This document shows, piece by piece, positions 11,581-23,870 of a stretch of 46,343 bases of DNA. The position numbers and the translations under genes are program-made. The stretch's first letter is position 1. Each line of letters begins with the position of its first letter. This DNA is from Octopus bimaculoides (lineage: Eukaryota), in assembly GCF_001194135.2 (NCBI RefSeq), contig NC_068999.1, forward strand, positions 29,871,262-29,917,604, given 5' to 3'. The notes beneath the pieces were generated by a model. The model was not told where the DNA came from. It made no database searches and was given only the letters and a program-made list of their open reading frames with translations.

Positions 11581-12671
11581 CAAAAAGTGGTCAAATTTGA
11601 GGACATTCATAGATATGTTAGTCAAGCATTGATTTAAGTTCTCATTGACAGTAAGACCCATGTTATTCACACATCAGGAGATATGTGGTGGTTATGAGTT
11701 TGAGCCTCATCTAGGGCATTGTTGCTGTTTTTTGTTTTGTTTTATGCAGCTTTTATTTTAAGCAAACATTAATTACTAATTAGGTTTTGAAATATATTCC
11801 TCTTTTAAATGTAAATTTCTATCTATAGTTTTGGGGGTTTTTCCCCACCTCATTAAAAGTTGTGTTGTATACAAAGAGGGAGATACAGATATGGGATTGC
11901 AAGTTTGAACCTCACTTGAATCAGAATGCTTTCTCCTGTTTATTAAATTATTCACTCATAGATGAATATTCTTATGGTCAAGATTTTTTTTTTCACAACC
12001 ATTTATGTGCCCTCTAGCAAATTCAATTGGAGCAAAAAGTGTTCAGATTTGAATGAGGATAAGGACTTGTCACAGTATGTTGGTTGGGTCACTAGTGTCA
12101 TGATGATTATTGTCTGTTTCGTTAATGTTGTTATGGTTGCTGTGATGTGGTTGAGTTAGTGAATGAAAATGTGTTTCTTGGCTACATGGAAAAATAACTG
12201 AACAACACCCTCAAACATATAACAGAAGAATTTATTGTCACACATTAAGACAAACTGCATTAGTCATTAACAGTTAACAACAGCAATAATTACAGACTGG
12301 CAAAGAAATACTGCTCTGAGATTACAGAAAACTATTGGTATGGCAACGTGATTTGCCCAACTTATCTGAAATCAATTGCTCTTTCTTCATGGTGATGGAG
12401 ATTCTTGATCATCTGCCCTAGGCCATCAATCTGGGTGACCTATCTGACAAGAATGGCGACACATGTCACTCAGCTATCTCAACATTCTGCTGTTAATTAC
12501 CACCAAAAGCAACTTTTTATAGGGTACAAGAAGAGCATTCTAGAAGATTAAATCATGTGATGGCTTGACAGTGATTGGTTGTTTAATAAACTGATCACAT
12601 GAAACTATTGTGATTTGGTCATGGTGCCTGACTGGTTCCCTTATCTCTGTTATTTTATTAGAGAAAAATTA

Positions 12672-12847
12672 GTATCTTTTATCTTTTACTTGTTTCAGTC
12701 ATAGGACTGCAGCTGTGCTGGGGCACCACCTTAAAGGTTCTGGTCAATGAAATTGACCTCAATACTTATTTTGGTCTTTTTTGCTGAACTGCTAAATAGT
12801 GGGGATGTCAACAAACCAACATTACTTGTCAAAAACATACACACACA
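12672..12847 (-). mobile_element. SINE 3' half, interrupted by the adjacent RTE tail
   Basis: TTTTACTTGTTTCAGTCAT...GGCACCACC is the reverse complement of the SINE tail. Confidence 0.75.
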
Positions 12848-15400
12848 TTCATCATCATCATTATCATTTAACATCCTTTGACCATTCTGGCATGGGTTGG
12901 TCGGTTTGGCCTGGGCTGGCACGCTGGAAGGCTGCACCAAACTCCAGTCTGATTTGGCATGGTTTCTATGGCTAGATGCCCTTCCTAATGCCAACCACTC
13001 TGAGAGTGTAATGAGTGCTTTTATATGCCACTGGCATGGGTGCCATTTGCATGACACCAGTATCTACCACAACTGTGACTTTACTTGGCTTGATGGGCTT
13101 TCTTCTCAAGCATGACATATTGCCAAAGGACTTGGTCATTTGTTATTGCCTCCATGAGGCCCAACACTTGAAAAGTGCCTTTCACATACCACTAGCATTG
13201 ACCACTTCACCACTATAAGGTCCAACGTTAGAAAGGTGCTTTTTACGTATCGCTGGCACAGGTGCCAGTTACGTGACACCAGCATTGGCCACAACTACGA
13301 TTTCACTTGGCAGGTCTTCTCAAGCACAGTATATCGCCAAAGGTCACAGTCACCAGTCATTGCCTCTGTGAGGCCCAGAGATCATAGATCATGCTTCACC
13401 ACCTCATCCCATGTCTTCCTGGGTCTACTTCTACCACAAGTTCCTGCCACAGTTAGAGATTGGCACGTCTTTACACAGCTGTTCTCCATATGCAGCACAT
13501 GACCATACCAGCGCAGTTATCTCTCTTGCACACCACATCTGATGCCTCTTAAGCCCAACTTTTCTCTCAAGATGCTTACACTCAGTTGAACATGCACACC
13601 GACATTGCACATCCAGCAAAGCATACTGGTTTCATTTCTTTCATGCCTAAGCATTTCTCAGCTGTCACAGCCCATAATTTACTGCTGTGTAGCATAGCTG
13701 TTCACACACAGGTATCATACAATCTGTCTTTCATTCTGAGGGAGAGGCCCTTTGTTGCCGGCAGAAGTAGGAGCTCTCTGAACTTTGCCCAACCTATTCT
13801 TATTCTCACATCAACGCCCTTGGAGCATCCACCTCCACTACTAACTTGGTCACGTAGATAACAGAAGCTATCTGCTACCTCTAGCTTATCCCATTGAGAG
13901 TTGATGAAGTCTATTTTCTGTATGTTTCTGGTGTTTAGTGTACCTGTGCATCTTCCACACATAGAAGCTATTTTCTCTGTTAACCTTCCTCTGATACTGC
14001 TGCACCTCTTATGTGTCCATAGCTTACACTGGATATATCTTTTAGAGTTTCTACTTATGCCTTTTCTGTAGATTGAGCAGGGCCATCTACCTGAAGGGAT
14101 TTGTGATTTGTCTGCCTTCCTACTTACTAAGACATTGATTTTTGTTAGGTTAACTCTAAAGCCCTTTGATTCTAGACCTAGCTTCTATACCTGAAACTTT
14201 TTCTCTAGTTCTGGTAGTGATTCAGTTATAAGAACTAGGTCATCAGCATAGAGGAGCTCCCAGGAGCAGCCTGTCTTAACTTCCTTTGTTATTACCTGGA
14301 GGACTATCATGAACAAGAGGGGGCTGAGGACCAATATACTCTGAATTCTTTGCCAACCCTCACCTTACTGATAGCATCCCTATACATGGCTTGTACAGCT
14401 CTCATCAACCACTTGTCTCTCCCTAGTTTCCATATTGACCACCAGATAAGGGATCAGGGAACCCTGTCAAAGGCTTTCTCCATGTCAACGAAAGCCAAGT
14501 ACAGAGGTTTATCTTTGGCTAGATATTTCTCTTGCAGTTGCCTGACTAGATATATAGCATCAGTGGTGCTTTTACCTGGCACAAAACCAAACTGCATTTC
14601 ATCTAGGCTAACTCTCTCCCTAATTAGTTGGACTATGACCCTCTCCTTAACTTTCATCACCTGATCCAACAGTTTGATACCTCTATAATTATCTCTATCT
14701 AATACATCATCTTTACCTTTGTAGCAGTTGACTATGGTGCTGCTACACCAGTCATTGGGTATGACTCCGTGAATCACCTGATTTACAATATGAGTGACCA
14801 GACCATAACCCACATTGCCAGATATTTTAAGCATCTCAGCAGTGATTCCTGATGGGCCGAAGGCTTTCCTTGTCTTCATATCTTTAATTGCTTTACGTAC
14901 TAAAGTGTTGTTGATTGGGATAGCTGGTCCTTCAGTTGGGTCAACGTTTGGCAGACTCTCCTCCTCCCATTCATTCTCCATGTTCAGCAGTCTTTCATAA
15001 TGGTATTTCCAAGCCTCTTTCTTTGGAGAATCATTAAATGCAAGTGAACCATCATTCATGCAGACACATTTCTCTCTTATGACATCACAATTTTCTCTCG
15101 CACACTGACTTGCAATCCAAAACACTTCAAGTCTTTGGTCCTCACATCGCCGCACATAGGCAAACTTCTTTTCTGCTTCTCCCCCCTGGCTAGATATACC
15201 TGTCTCCTAGCTATTTGACCCAGTTCCCCACTACCCCCGACTTTTCCAGGCCTGCTTATTTGCTCTAATGGCCTTGTCTACAGCATCATTCCACCACATC
15301 ACCCTAGGTCTGGATGGAACTTTGCACCAGCCACAGACTTGGTTCATGGCACTCAGCAAGCTGTCCTGCAAGAATTCCCAGTTGCCTTCTATGTCACAAG
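12848..15400 (-). mobile_element. RTE LINE, 5'-truncated pseudogene
   Basis: (CAT)n tail at 12848. ORF 14454-15155 reads WCSSTIVNCYKGK..NYRGIKLLDQVMK..QFGFVPGKSTTDAIY..AFVDMEKAFDRVP. Later YADD and FCYLRDQV motifs. Confidence 0.92.
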
Positions 15401-15925
15401 TCTGTAGTTCCTCCTCCCACTTCTGCCATCATCACCCTCCTTGCCATCCACTCCTCATCCATCCTCTCCATATAGTCAAACCACCTCAATATTCATCTAT
15501 CTATTCTGGTTGTTAGATTTTCTCTCATTCCTGCTCGCTTTTGCATCTCCTCATCCTGTCCACCCATGTCACACCAACCATAGCCCCCAAACATCTCATC
15601 GCAAACACATCTAGTCACCTCCTTTCTACCTCTTTCAGTCCCCATGTCTCTGCACTATATAACATTGTCGGCACAATCATGCCTTCATACACACCTCTTT
15701 TCACTTTCTTACTCAGCCTTTTATCTCTCAGCATACCTTTCACAACTCCAAGTATCTTACTCCCCTCTCTCACTCTATATCCCACTTCCTCAGCCAACTC
15801 CCAATCTACCGTCACATGTGATCCCAGATACTTAAAAACACTCACCTCTTCTAACATTTCACCATTTATACTCACATTCATCCTACCAGCCATTTCATCT
15901 CTTGAACATCTCATCACCTTACTAA
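15400..15925 (-). mobile_element. Fragment of a second, distinct RTE-clade LINE family (RT C-terminal region)
   Basis: LEEVSVFKYLGSHV..GVYEGMIVPTMLYSAETWGLKEVERR*LDVFAMRCL..LRWFDYMERMDEEWMARRVMMAEV; clearly divergent from the dominant family. Confidence 0.8.
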
Positions 15926-16215
15926 AGCATATTTAAGCTTATGAAATACTACATTTCACTTATTTTCAAAATAGGACTATTTTTTGCGAGGTCAAGAATT
16001 GTTTTAAATCTATATCTGTGCCAAATAATAAAATCTAGTTAATACAAATAATAACTAAAATAATAAATATGACTACTTAGCATCACTTTTAGAACTCTGA
16101 ATCACAGTGGGATAAAATTAATCAAGTGTATTAAAATTTGATAAATTAATGGAAAGGGGCATTAAATATTTATCTTTGCTAAATATATTAAATTAAAAAA
16201 TATTTTTATTTAAAT

Positions 16216-16590
16216 AGGTGCTAGCGTAATTGTGTGGCTTATTGTTAGGTTTGTTAGTTATAGTTAGGGTTTTGATCCCACTGTACAGACCTTGTTGGCT
16301 GGTGCCTTGTACTACAGTTGCTAACCAACCAATATCATGTAAGTGAAATTGGAAGAGAGAAACCGAAGAAGCTTGTGTGTGTGTGAGGGAGAGAAAGTTT
16401 ATATTTACCCTTATCTTTAGTTGGTTATAAACAAAACCTCATTCAGAATTGTTTGTTTCCAGTTTTCTGCATAACAACGTCCAGCCAGTTCATTGTTCGA
16501 TAGATGGGGGAATTACTTTACTTGAAAATAAGTAAAGGTTAACATCAGGAAGGGCATCCAGTTATAGAAAACTCTGGCCCATAGAAGTAA
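16216..16590 (+). mobile_element. Degenerate tRNA-SINE ending in an RTE-derived tail
   Basis: SINE head (GATCCCACTG..GAAACCGAAGAAGC) followed by CAGGAAGGGCATCCAGTTATAGAAAA. Confidence 0.55.
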
Positions 16591-17049
16591 GGAAAAGTAA
16601 GCATTAAAACAATGATGATGATATTTTTGGATAATTTTTTAAATGATTACAGGAATCCCTTGCTTTACAAAAATAATGCATTCTTGAAAATCTGGCTGGA
16701 ACATGAAATTCTGTTATGCGAAATTAATTTTCCTACTGATTTTCATATTATCAAGCAAGATTGCATTCCTATGGACTTTTTTGAAAAAACAAAACAAAAA
16801 AGCACAAGAAAACAAGGAAAAGGCAACACAATCACCTTTATACATGAAAATAACAATTTCTAAACTTACACAGTACAATATAGATGCATAAAAACACAAA
16901 AACATTTTGAGAGGAATACATTAGGGAATTAATAAAAATCCTAATATTGTATAAGAACCTTCTTACCACAAAAGATGTTGACTACTGGGGTGGGGGGGTA
17001 TGAGTGTTTCCTAGGAAGATGAGAGAGAATATTTACTATCTTATAGTTC

Positions 17050-18240
17050 ATTATCATGAACATCAGCTTAAAGGGTGAAGAACTTCTCCAAAGTTGTTTG
17101 TTGTTTACAATGCATCATTTCTTTGTGCAGCTCAGTATATGAATTGAGTTCATTGTAAACTCCTCTTGTAATTTTGAAATTATGTTCACAATTAGGATCA
17201 TTATTGGCAAAAACTTGCAGATATAAGTTCCAATCCTTTAGCAATAATTTTTGCAGCCATTTTTAGTGGCTCATCTGCATTCTCAGTTTGTTCTTTTTCT
17301 AAAAGCATTAGCTCCTTGTTAGATAAGCTTTCTCTTTGAAACACTAGCAACTTAATCACATCATCCTCTATGACTTCTTCAAATCCCACATCCTTTGAAA
17401 GTGTCACATTTTTCCAAATTTGATGTGAACTTTCTGCTTAAGGAAGACTTGTAGTGTCGTGAATACAGTTTGGCCATAAACTTTTCCAGGCACTATTCAA
17501 AGTTGGTTTCACTTCATCCCATGACTCAGTTATATTATCCACAGCATCTATTATGTTGAGTTTCTTCCTGAATCTCCAACTATAGGCTTATCCTCACTGT
17601 CAACTGCCTTCATAAGTTATTTGAAAGTTCTCATATAATATGCCTTGAAGTTAGCTATCACACTTTGATCCATTGACTGTAGCCATGAAGTTGTATTGTT
17701 GGGGATATATTCTACTCTTATATTATCAGAAAGGTCATCTAAGCTCACCAACTGGGTAGGTTGGTGCATTGTCTAAAAGAAGCAATATACCTTTCTAACA
17801 CATGACAAGACCCACTTGTAAACCACTCCTTGAAAAGGCTCTTAGTCATCCATACCTTCTTATTTGAACACTAAATCAGAGGTAGATTAAACTTTGTGTA
17901 ACCCTTGAATTTTTGGAATGATGCACGTGTAGGGGCTCTAATTTCATATCACCAGCAGTATTTCCTCCCAAAAGAAGTGTCAATGATTTTTGGAAGCTTT
18001 AAATTCTAGTGTTGATTTTTCTTCTCAAGGAAAGTACAATTTCATCAACATTATGTACTTGCTCTGATGTTTTTCCCCCTTCAGGATAACTAGTGACAGC
18101 CTCTGTATCAGCTCACAGTTTCATCAATCAGTTTTATGTTGTGCAAATTCATGTGCTTCTCAAACCTTTTTCAGACCTTACAATTTCCATATGCGTGAAA
18201 TCCCTTAGCCTGAGGTAGATGTAACACAGGGTTTGCCTGT
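17050..18240 (-). mobile_element. Tigger/pogo DDE transposase relic
   Basis: Minus strand gives HNIKL, GGNTAG, ILLLLDNAP, PNNTTSWLQSMDQSVIANFKAYYMRTF and GFEEVIEDDV. TA|CAGGC terminus near 18240. Confidence 0.82.
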
Positions 18241-18394
18241 ATTAGCATTTGAATATCAAAAGTACAAAACAACTTCAAAATATTTAAAATTTTACAAAAA
18301 TTGTTTTTTGCTTTGGTAATATTTCTTAATTTTTTTTTTCATCAGTTTGATGTATACTTCTGCTTATTTTCCTATCATTCTCCACCTGATTGTT

Positions 18395-18578
18395 ATGTCT
18401 GGATGCAAAAAGGGCAGTAAACTGCTAGGCAATGGAGATGCCAAGGACCACAACAAGGTTATTTATAACAACATCCAAGGTATCACCAAGTTTGTCATCA
18501 GATGCCTAGATTGTCATAGTCCATTGAGATTGAGACATCTTGGGTCTGATCTATGAGGAGACTTGTGTTGTACTCAAG
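18395..18578 (+). pseudogene. H4: Histone H4 pseudogene fragment (about codons 1-60)
   Basis: [38 protein letters not shown], then a frameshift, then [13 protein letters not shown], versus H4 [51 protein letters not shown]. Confidence 0.88.
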
Positions 18579-18923
18579 CCAGCTAGCTGATATTTGATTT
18601 GTCAGGAAACTCACAGGGTCCTCAAAATGTTTCATGTAAATATAAATGTGATCAAACCTCTTTTACTTTTAACTGGCCAACTCATATTTGCTGTACTGCT
18701 TTCTGATTGACATCATTCAATTCAACTATTGCTCTCTTCTATTGGCATTTTCTCTTTCATTTTGTGTTTCTCAATGAAGCTAAATTTCTTCATAGGGGAA
18801 TTAGAACCTAAACAGAGAGTATAGTTTTACATTTGAATGAAACCAAAATATAACTTATTTCAATTCAAATTCAGCTGCAATATTTTTAAGCTTTCATCCT
18901 CTTGTATATATATATATATATGA

Positions 18924-19593
18924 TCAGTACATATTGTAAAGCTGAGTTTGTGTGTGTGTGTGTGTTGCATCTATAGAAATCCACACCATACAAAATAACA
19001 ATCTGGGAATTGCACCAATGGATTCTTCATGGTCGAAAATGCCCGGAATCGGCCATTTATTTTTTTTATTTTGCTTCCTAACAGGTGAATTTTTGCATTA
19101 AAAATAACTTCTAACAATCTTCAAGTCTGAGAAATACACCAGCATTTGCAAACGTGAGTTAAGTCCCCTTCTAGCGACAATGTAGAGAGAGAGATAACAG
19201 ATTCTTTTTAGTAAGTGATACACAATATAAACGATATTCTCTGTTTCTCCACAACTAATTTCCAAATTTGCTGAATCCGTTGCTCTACTCATAGCAACAT
19301 ATAGCTGGTCGTGCGTGAACATGGGAGAGAGCAGAAGTTACCAGAGAAAAAACCCTAAGTGTTGACTGTAGACACGCTCCTTCGCATACGATCAGCTATT
19401 ATTTTGTAAACAATGTTACAAAACTGTTCATGTTTTCGAAAGGAGAGATCTGATTCTCACATATCTGCGGGAGAAGATAGACCTCTCTATTCTTCTTACA
19501 AAACTTACGTCCGGGTGCCAAATTTGACTCAATTGATGGTATTACTCAGGTAATCCCAACTTAATCCTGAGCAAAGCCAGGCTACAGTGCTAG
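18924..19593 (+). mobile_element. Non-autonomous Helitron (670 bp)
   Basis: A|TC start, subterminal hairpin CCTG-AGCAAAGC-CAGG and CTAG|T end. Internal antisense helicase-tail peptide PMFTHDQLYVAMSRA..TENIVY. Confidence 0.75.
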
Positions 19594-19928
19594 TAATATA
19601 TAATGTGTGTGTGTGTGTATGTATACATACACAAACATACACCACTCTATAATACAATATGATGTACACCATAATTAGTCTTAGTGTGGTATTTTTTACC
19701 AAAAATGCTCAGCAAAATTCATAAACTTACGAATTATTTGGAGGTGTGATATATTTGTTTGCATATTATTCAAAGTACTGTCTTTAGGATTAGAAACACA
19801 TTTCTTCCATCAGCAAACTCACTGATGTTATTATATATCAATTAAATTTACATCTAAACTATTACATTTTTATTATTGAAATTATTTTATTCGTTTTTTG
19901 TCTCTCTCTTTCTTTTTACAAATATCAG

Positions 19929-20080
19929 GTTTGGTACCGCTGTTTGGCATTGATGTGTGGGAACATGCCTATTATCTACAATACAAGAATGTACGTCCAG
20001 ATTATGTTAAAGCTATTTTCAACATCGCCAACTGGAAGAAAGTTGCTGCACTGTTCAAAGCTGCTACTGAGTCAGCTTAA
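19929..20080 (+). CDS. SOD2: Mitochondrial Mn superoxide dismutase, last coding exon
   Basis: Polypyrimidine tract and cag at 19926-19928. Phase 1 joins the previous exon to give [26 protein letters not shown] (Asp/His ligands) through TESA*. Confidence 0.97.
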
Positions 20081-20114
20081 CTCAAGAAGTGATTCGACAA
20101 ATTCTTTAAAATAT

Positions 20115-20120
20115 AATAAA
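20115..20120 (+). terminator. Candidate SOD2 polyadenylation signal
   Basis: AATAAA 35 nt after the stop codon; a distal AATAAA lies at 21149-21154. Confidence 0.5.
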
Positions 20121-20163
20121 ATCCAAAGGTGGGAATATTTCCTACAAATATGTTTGTAATGCA

Positions 20164-20166
<3 letters not shown>

Positions 20167-20192
<26 letters not shown>
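20167..20192. repeat. (CA)n microsatellite
   Basis: Direct observation. Confidence 0.95.
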
Positions 20193-20196
<4 letters not shown>

Positions 20197-21810
20197 ATGT
20201 ATTACATAGTGATAATTGAAAGTATGTTAGAAGTGAAAGTAAGTTTCAGTTATTATGGTTTATAGTGTTGATAGAAGTAAAGTGAGAAGAATCAATAAGT
20301 ATGTTAGTTGTTTGATTCACTAATTTTACTAACCAATTCTTCGTTTTGTTTTCTTACATGTCTCTTGTAAATCAAACTCTCTTATATAGCAGTCTTTTGG
20401 TTTATGACACCTTCTAGTGTGACTATATTTCTTGTCATAGTTCTCTCTGTTGTGTATTCCCTAACTATATATCTCTATGATAATATAGCTGACATATCTG
20501 CATTTCTAAGATCATGGAACTGTTGACCTAATTTTCTGTCTGTACTTTAATATTTCACTGTCTTCTGGTGTCATAATGTTAACTCATTATTGTACATGAG
20601 GTTAAAGGGACACCTAGCTGTTCTTTAGAACAATAGCAGAGGAGACAAAAATCATTGAAACCCAATGTTTTCTAGAAAGATAAGAATGCTATGTGGAATA
20701 CAGAGGATAAGGTTAATAATTTTCTTCATGTATAATTTACTTCTATTCCAATGTTAATCTTTATGAATCTTAGTGCATGTGTTAATATTATTATAGTCAA
20801 AAGTTTTTTGGGAGTATTCCAAGGTGTTTAAAACGAGTTTGTTAATTCTCTTCCTTGCTTTTTAAATTGTCATTTTGTGTGGCAATATTGACTCAAAATT
20901 GCATCAAAAATAGGCCATTTTGGGTTGTTGTTATAATTTTTGAGTGGGTCTTTTTTAAATCCTTCGGTTTATGAGATAGAATGATTTTATGTTAAAGAGC
21001 TTCATAGACACTACTGCAACATTTTAACACAGCTTCCCAGAATAGGGGCAAAGTTTGTTTCTAAAACTTGATGGTATTCACAAAACATATTAAACACTGA
21101 TTTAAGCCATTTGCTTACACCACTAGATCAATGCTATCTTCAAATTTTAATAAAGTTTTGACTCAGCAATCCGTGATATCTTTTACATCAGGAGTTTGCC
21201 TGGTTTATTGCTTGAAGAAAAATGACAATGACAATATATTCTTACATCATCACAAAATCTTTATTATTTTCTATATTTTTTTCTTATTTAAAAAGAAAAA
21301 TTAAATTTGCCAGTATCTCCATGGTTTCAGAATTTTCTCTGAGTATTGTTTGTTTTAAAGCATTTTATTTATTATATCTTTTAAGTCAATACACTTGGTC
21401 TTATCACCAAGCTCCTTCATCACAATGCTGACAACTTTGCACAGAAATATTGCCCAACATTATTTAGTGGAAGAATACAAAATCTGTATTTACAAGATGC
21501 CTGAAAGAGGTTACCATTTGAGACACCTTTACAAATATTTTATTGTAACCTCAGAGAAATTTCCTTTCTGTCTTATTGCAAACATTCCCCGTTAGCTTAG
21601 TCGACTTTAACTATAAAATCCAGTTGTAAAAATGTTCCCTAATAATCCTTACACATTACTCATTCAGTAGACTCCAAGAATGCTGACATGAAAAAACTGC
21701 AAATCTGTGTAATTGAAGTAATATTAGCTCCTTATCTACTGTGTCCTATCATCCTCTAATGAAACTGTTATGTCTGCTTGTGTTTACCAAAACATTTAAT
21801 TTTAGCATAC

Positions 21811-22472
21811 CTACCTATAGATATCCCACAAACTAATGGATCCATCTTGGGATCCAGCAGCAAGAAGATCATTGTCTGAAAATGCAACACACTTAACACT
21901 CAATTTATGGTAACTTAAAACTGCAAGAGGTTTTCCTTTTTTAGTTCCCAAAATTCTTATGTTTGAATCCCATCCTGCAACTGCAAGTATTCTTTCGTCA
22001 TTTCTCAATTTCATATGATTAATGCCTGAATTGGTGAGATGTACAGCTGGCAACTTAGTGAAACCATTGTCTTGACAAACAGACCACTGAGTTAGTTTGT
22101 CATTTACAGATCCTGACCAACCATGGCCAGATTCACTACAACAAACACATGTTACCATTTCTTCATACAAAGAAATACAGTCAATAATTCTTCTTTCTCT
22201 GATATCCCACAAAGCAATACATCCATTCTCATAACCAACAAGAAGTCCTGATTGGTTATGTTTCATTTTAGCTATGTCCATGCACATACCATATTTCTTT
22301 CCTTCAAAATGGTCAGATGGTTTCAGGAATGCCACATTTTGTTGATTAACAGAGTCAATGATATTAATTTGAGATTCTTCTTGAGAGGGTACAGCAATCA
22401 AGGGAGAGGTGGTAGAATCTCCTGGAATAACACACCCTTGACAGAACCCAATGGAACATATTGCTACTTCAT
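21811..22472 (-). CDS. GNB1L: G-protein beta-like WD40 protein 1 (Asa1 homolog), second coding exon
   Basis: Acceptor ttttacag at 22480-22473. Encodes EVAICSIGFCQ..GMCM..LLVGYENG..LAVAGWDSNIRI..PLAVLSYH..LLAAGSQDGSISLWDIYR*, matching the GNB1L C-terminus. Confidence 0.93.
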
Positions 22473-22549
22473 CTGTAAAAGAAAATAAATTCTAAGTTGA
22501 AGACCGGTTAATTAATTTCTAGATATTTTAGTTTAATTAAAAAATGCAC

Positions 22550-23240
22550 AAGAGAAAATTTGGAGTAGATGAATGACTTGTAAGGGTCAGGCAAGCCATG
22601 TACAGATACAAAGAAGTTTAGAGAATAGGGACTTAGTCGTCAGTCCCTCTTGGCTAGTATAATTCTGAAAGCCATCACAGAGAAGTTAGAATCAGTACTT
22701 ATAATTTGGGGGGAGATCAGGATCAAGGAAGAAGCAAAACCTAAAACTAAGAGGCCTTTTAGGAAGCAGGATATAAGACAAGACATTTGGTAGAAATTCT
22801 ACACATTGTGCTCAGTGTAAACTATGAACAAAGAAAAGAAGTGGTAGGATCACAGGCAAGCTGACAAAGAAGATCTCATAAGTGGCAGTTGTAAGATTAC
22901 ACTTGAAATAGATGCTTTTAAATGCCTAAAGATCACCTTAGAAGTAATAAATAGCTTTTGTCATACGTGATTTTATTAGTGGAGGTGGATATTCTGAAAG
23001 AAGTGAAGCAAACATATTCCATTAAATAACAGAACCAAGAGAAAAGTTGGATATAAGATGTTGCATGCAAGAGAGATGACTACACTGCTACAGATGTGTA
23101 ATGTGCATGATAGATGACAGCTCTATAAAGAAGTGCCAAGCACTCCAAGTTAACCTCTGTGAAAGAGGACGGTATAGACTAAAATGATTAAGACTGCTCT
23201 CAAGAAGTTGAGCCTCAAAAGACCACAAGTTGTGATACGC
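22550..23240 (+). mobile_element. Old, deleted RTE LINE fragment in the GNB1L intron
   Basis: Degenerate KFGVDE..QAMYR, ITEK and CMQER..LH segments. Confidence 0.65.
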
Positions 23241-23699
23241 AATGTTGGAGAAAACTCACCTACCCACATTATAGTGGTGATAAGGGAATTTTAGACTCGT
23301 CCGTATTCAAACACTCCTATCATCACTCTTTGTCTCTACCTCTCTCTCTCCTATCACACCACTTGTGTAACGAAGGATGTTATCAGACATATACATATTC
23401 AACTCTCCCTTATAACTAATATTGACATCCATCATTTTCTCATATTACTTTTATGACTGTCGACCTACCTCATTTTCTCTTTTTTTATACACCCTCCCAA
23501 GTACTCTCTCTTCCCCAACACACTACTCATGCTGTTTTTGTCTAACCAACTTGTAAACTACATGACACTGTATCTCTTCTGTTACTCCCTCATCTATCAC
23601 TCTGTTTTTACATCATATGCTTGCTTTTTTATCACTCTCTCTTCACATTACCTCAAACATATGGAGACAATACAAGGTAGAAAGGACTCTTTAGACTTA

Positions 23700-23870
23700 C
23701 CAGAGGCAAAGCAACTTCTCTAGTGCTGGTACTGTCATAAAATGTACCCAGTAAAATCTGTAAAGTGGTTGGTGTTAGAAAGAACACCCTACCATAGAAA
23801 CCATAACAAAAATGGAATGTATAAGTGAGATATGGCCCCCAACCCTCTGGAACATGATAATTGGTAAGCA
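23700..23870 (+). mobile_element. RTE 3'-tail remnant
   Basis: GTGCTGGT..CATAAAATGTACCCAGT..GTGGTTGGTGTTAGAAAG..CCATAGAAACC. Confidence 0.5.
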
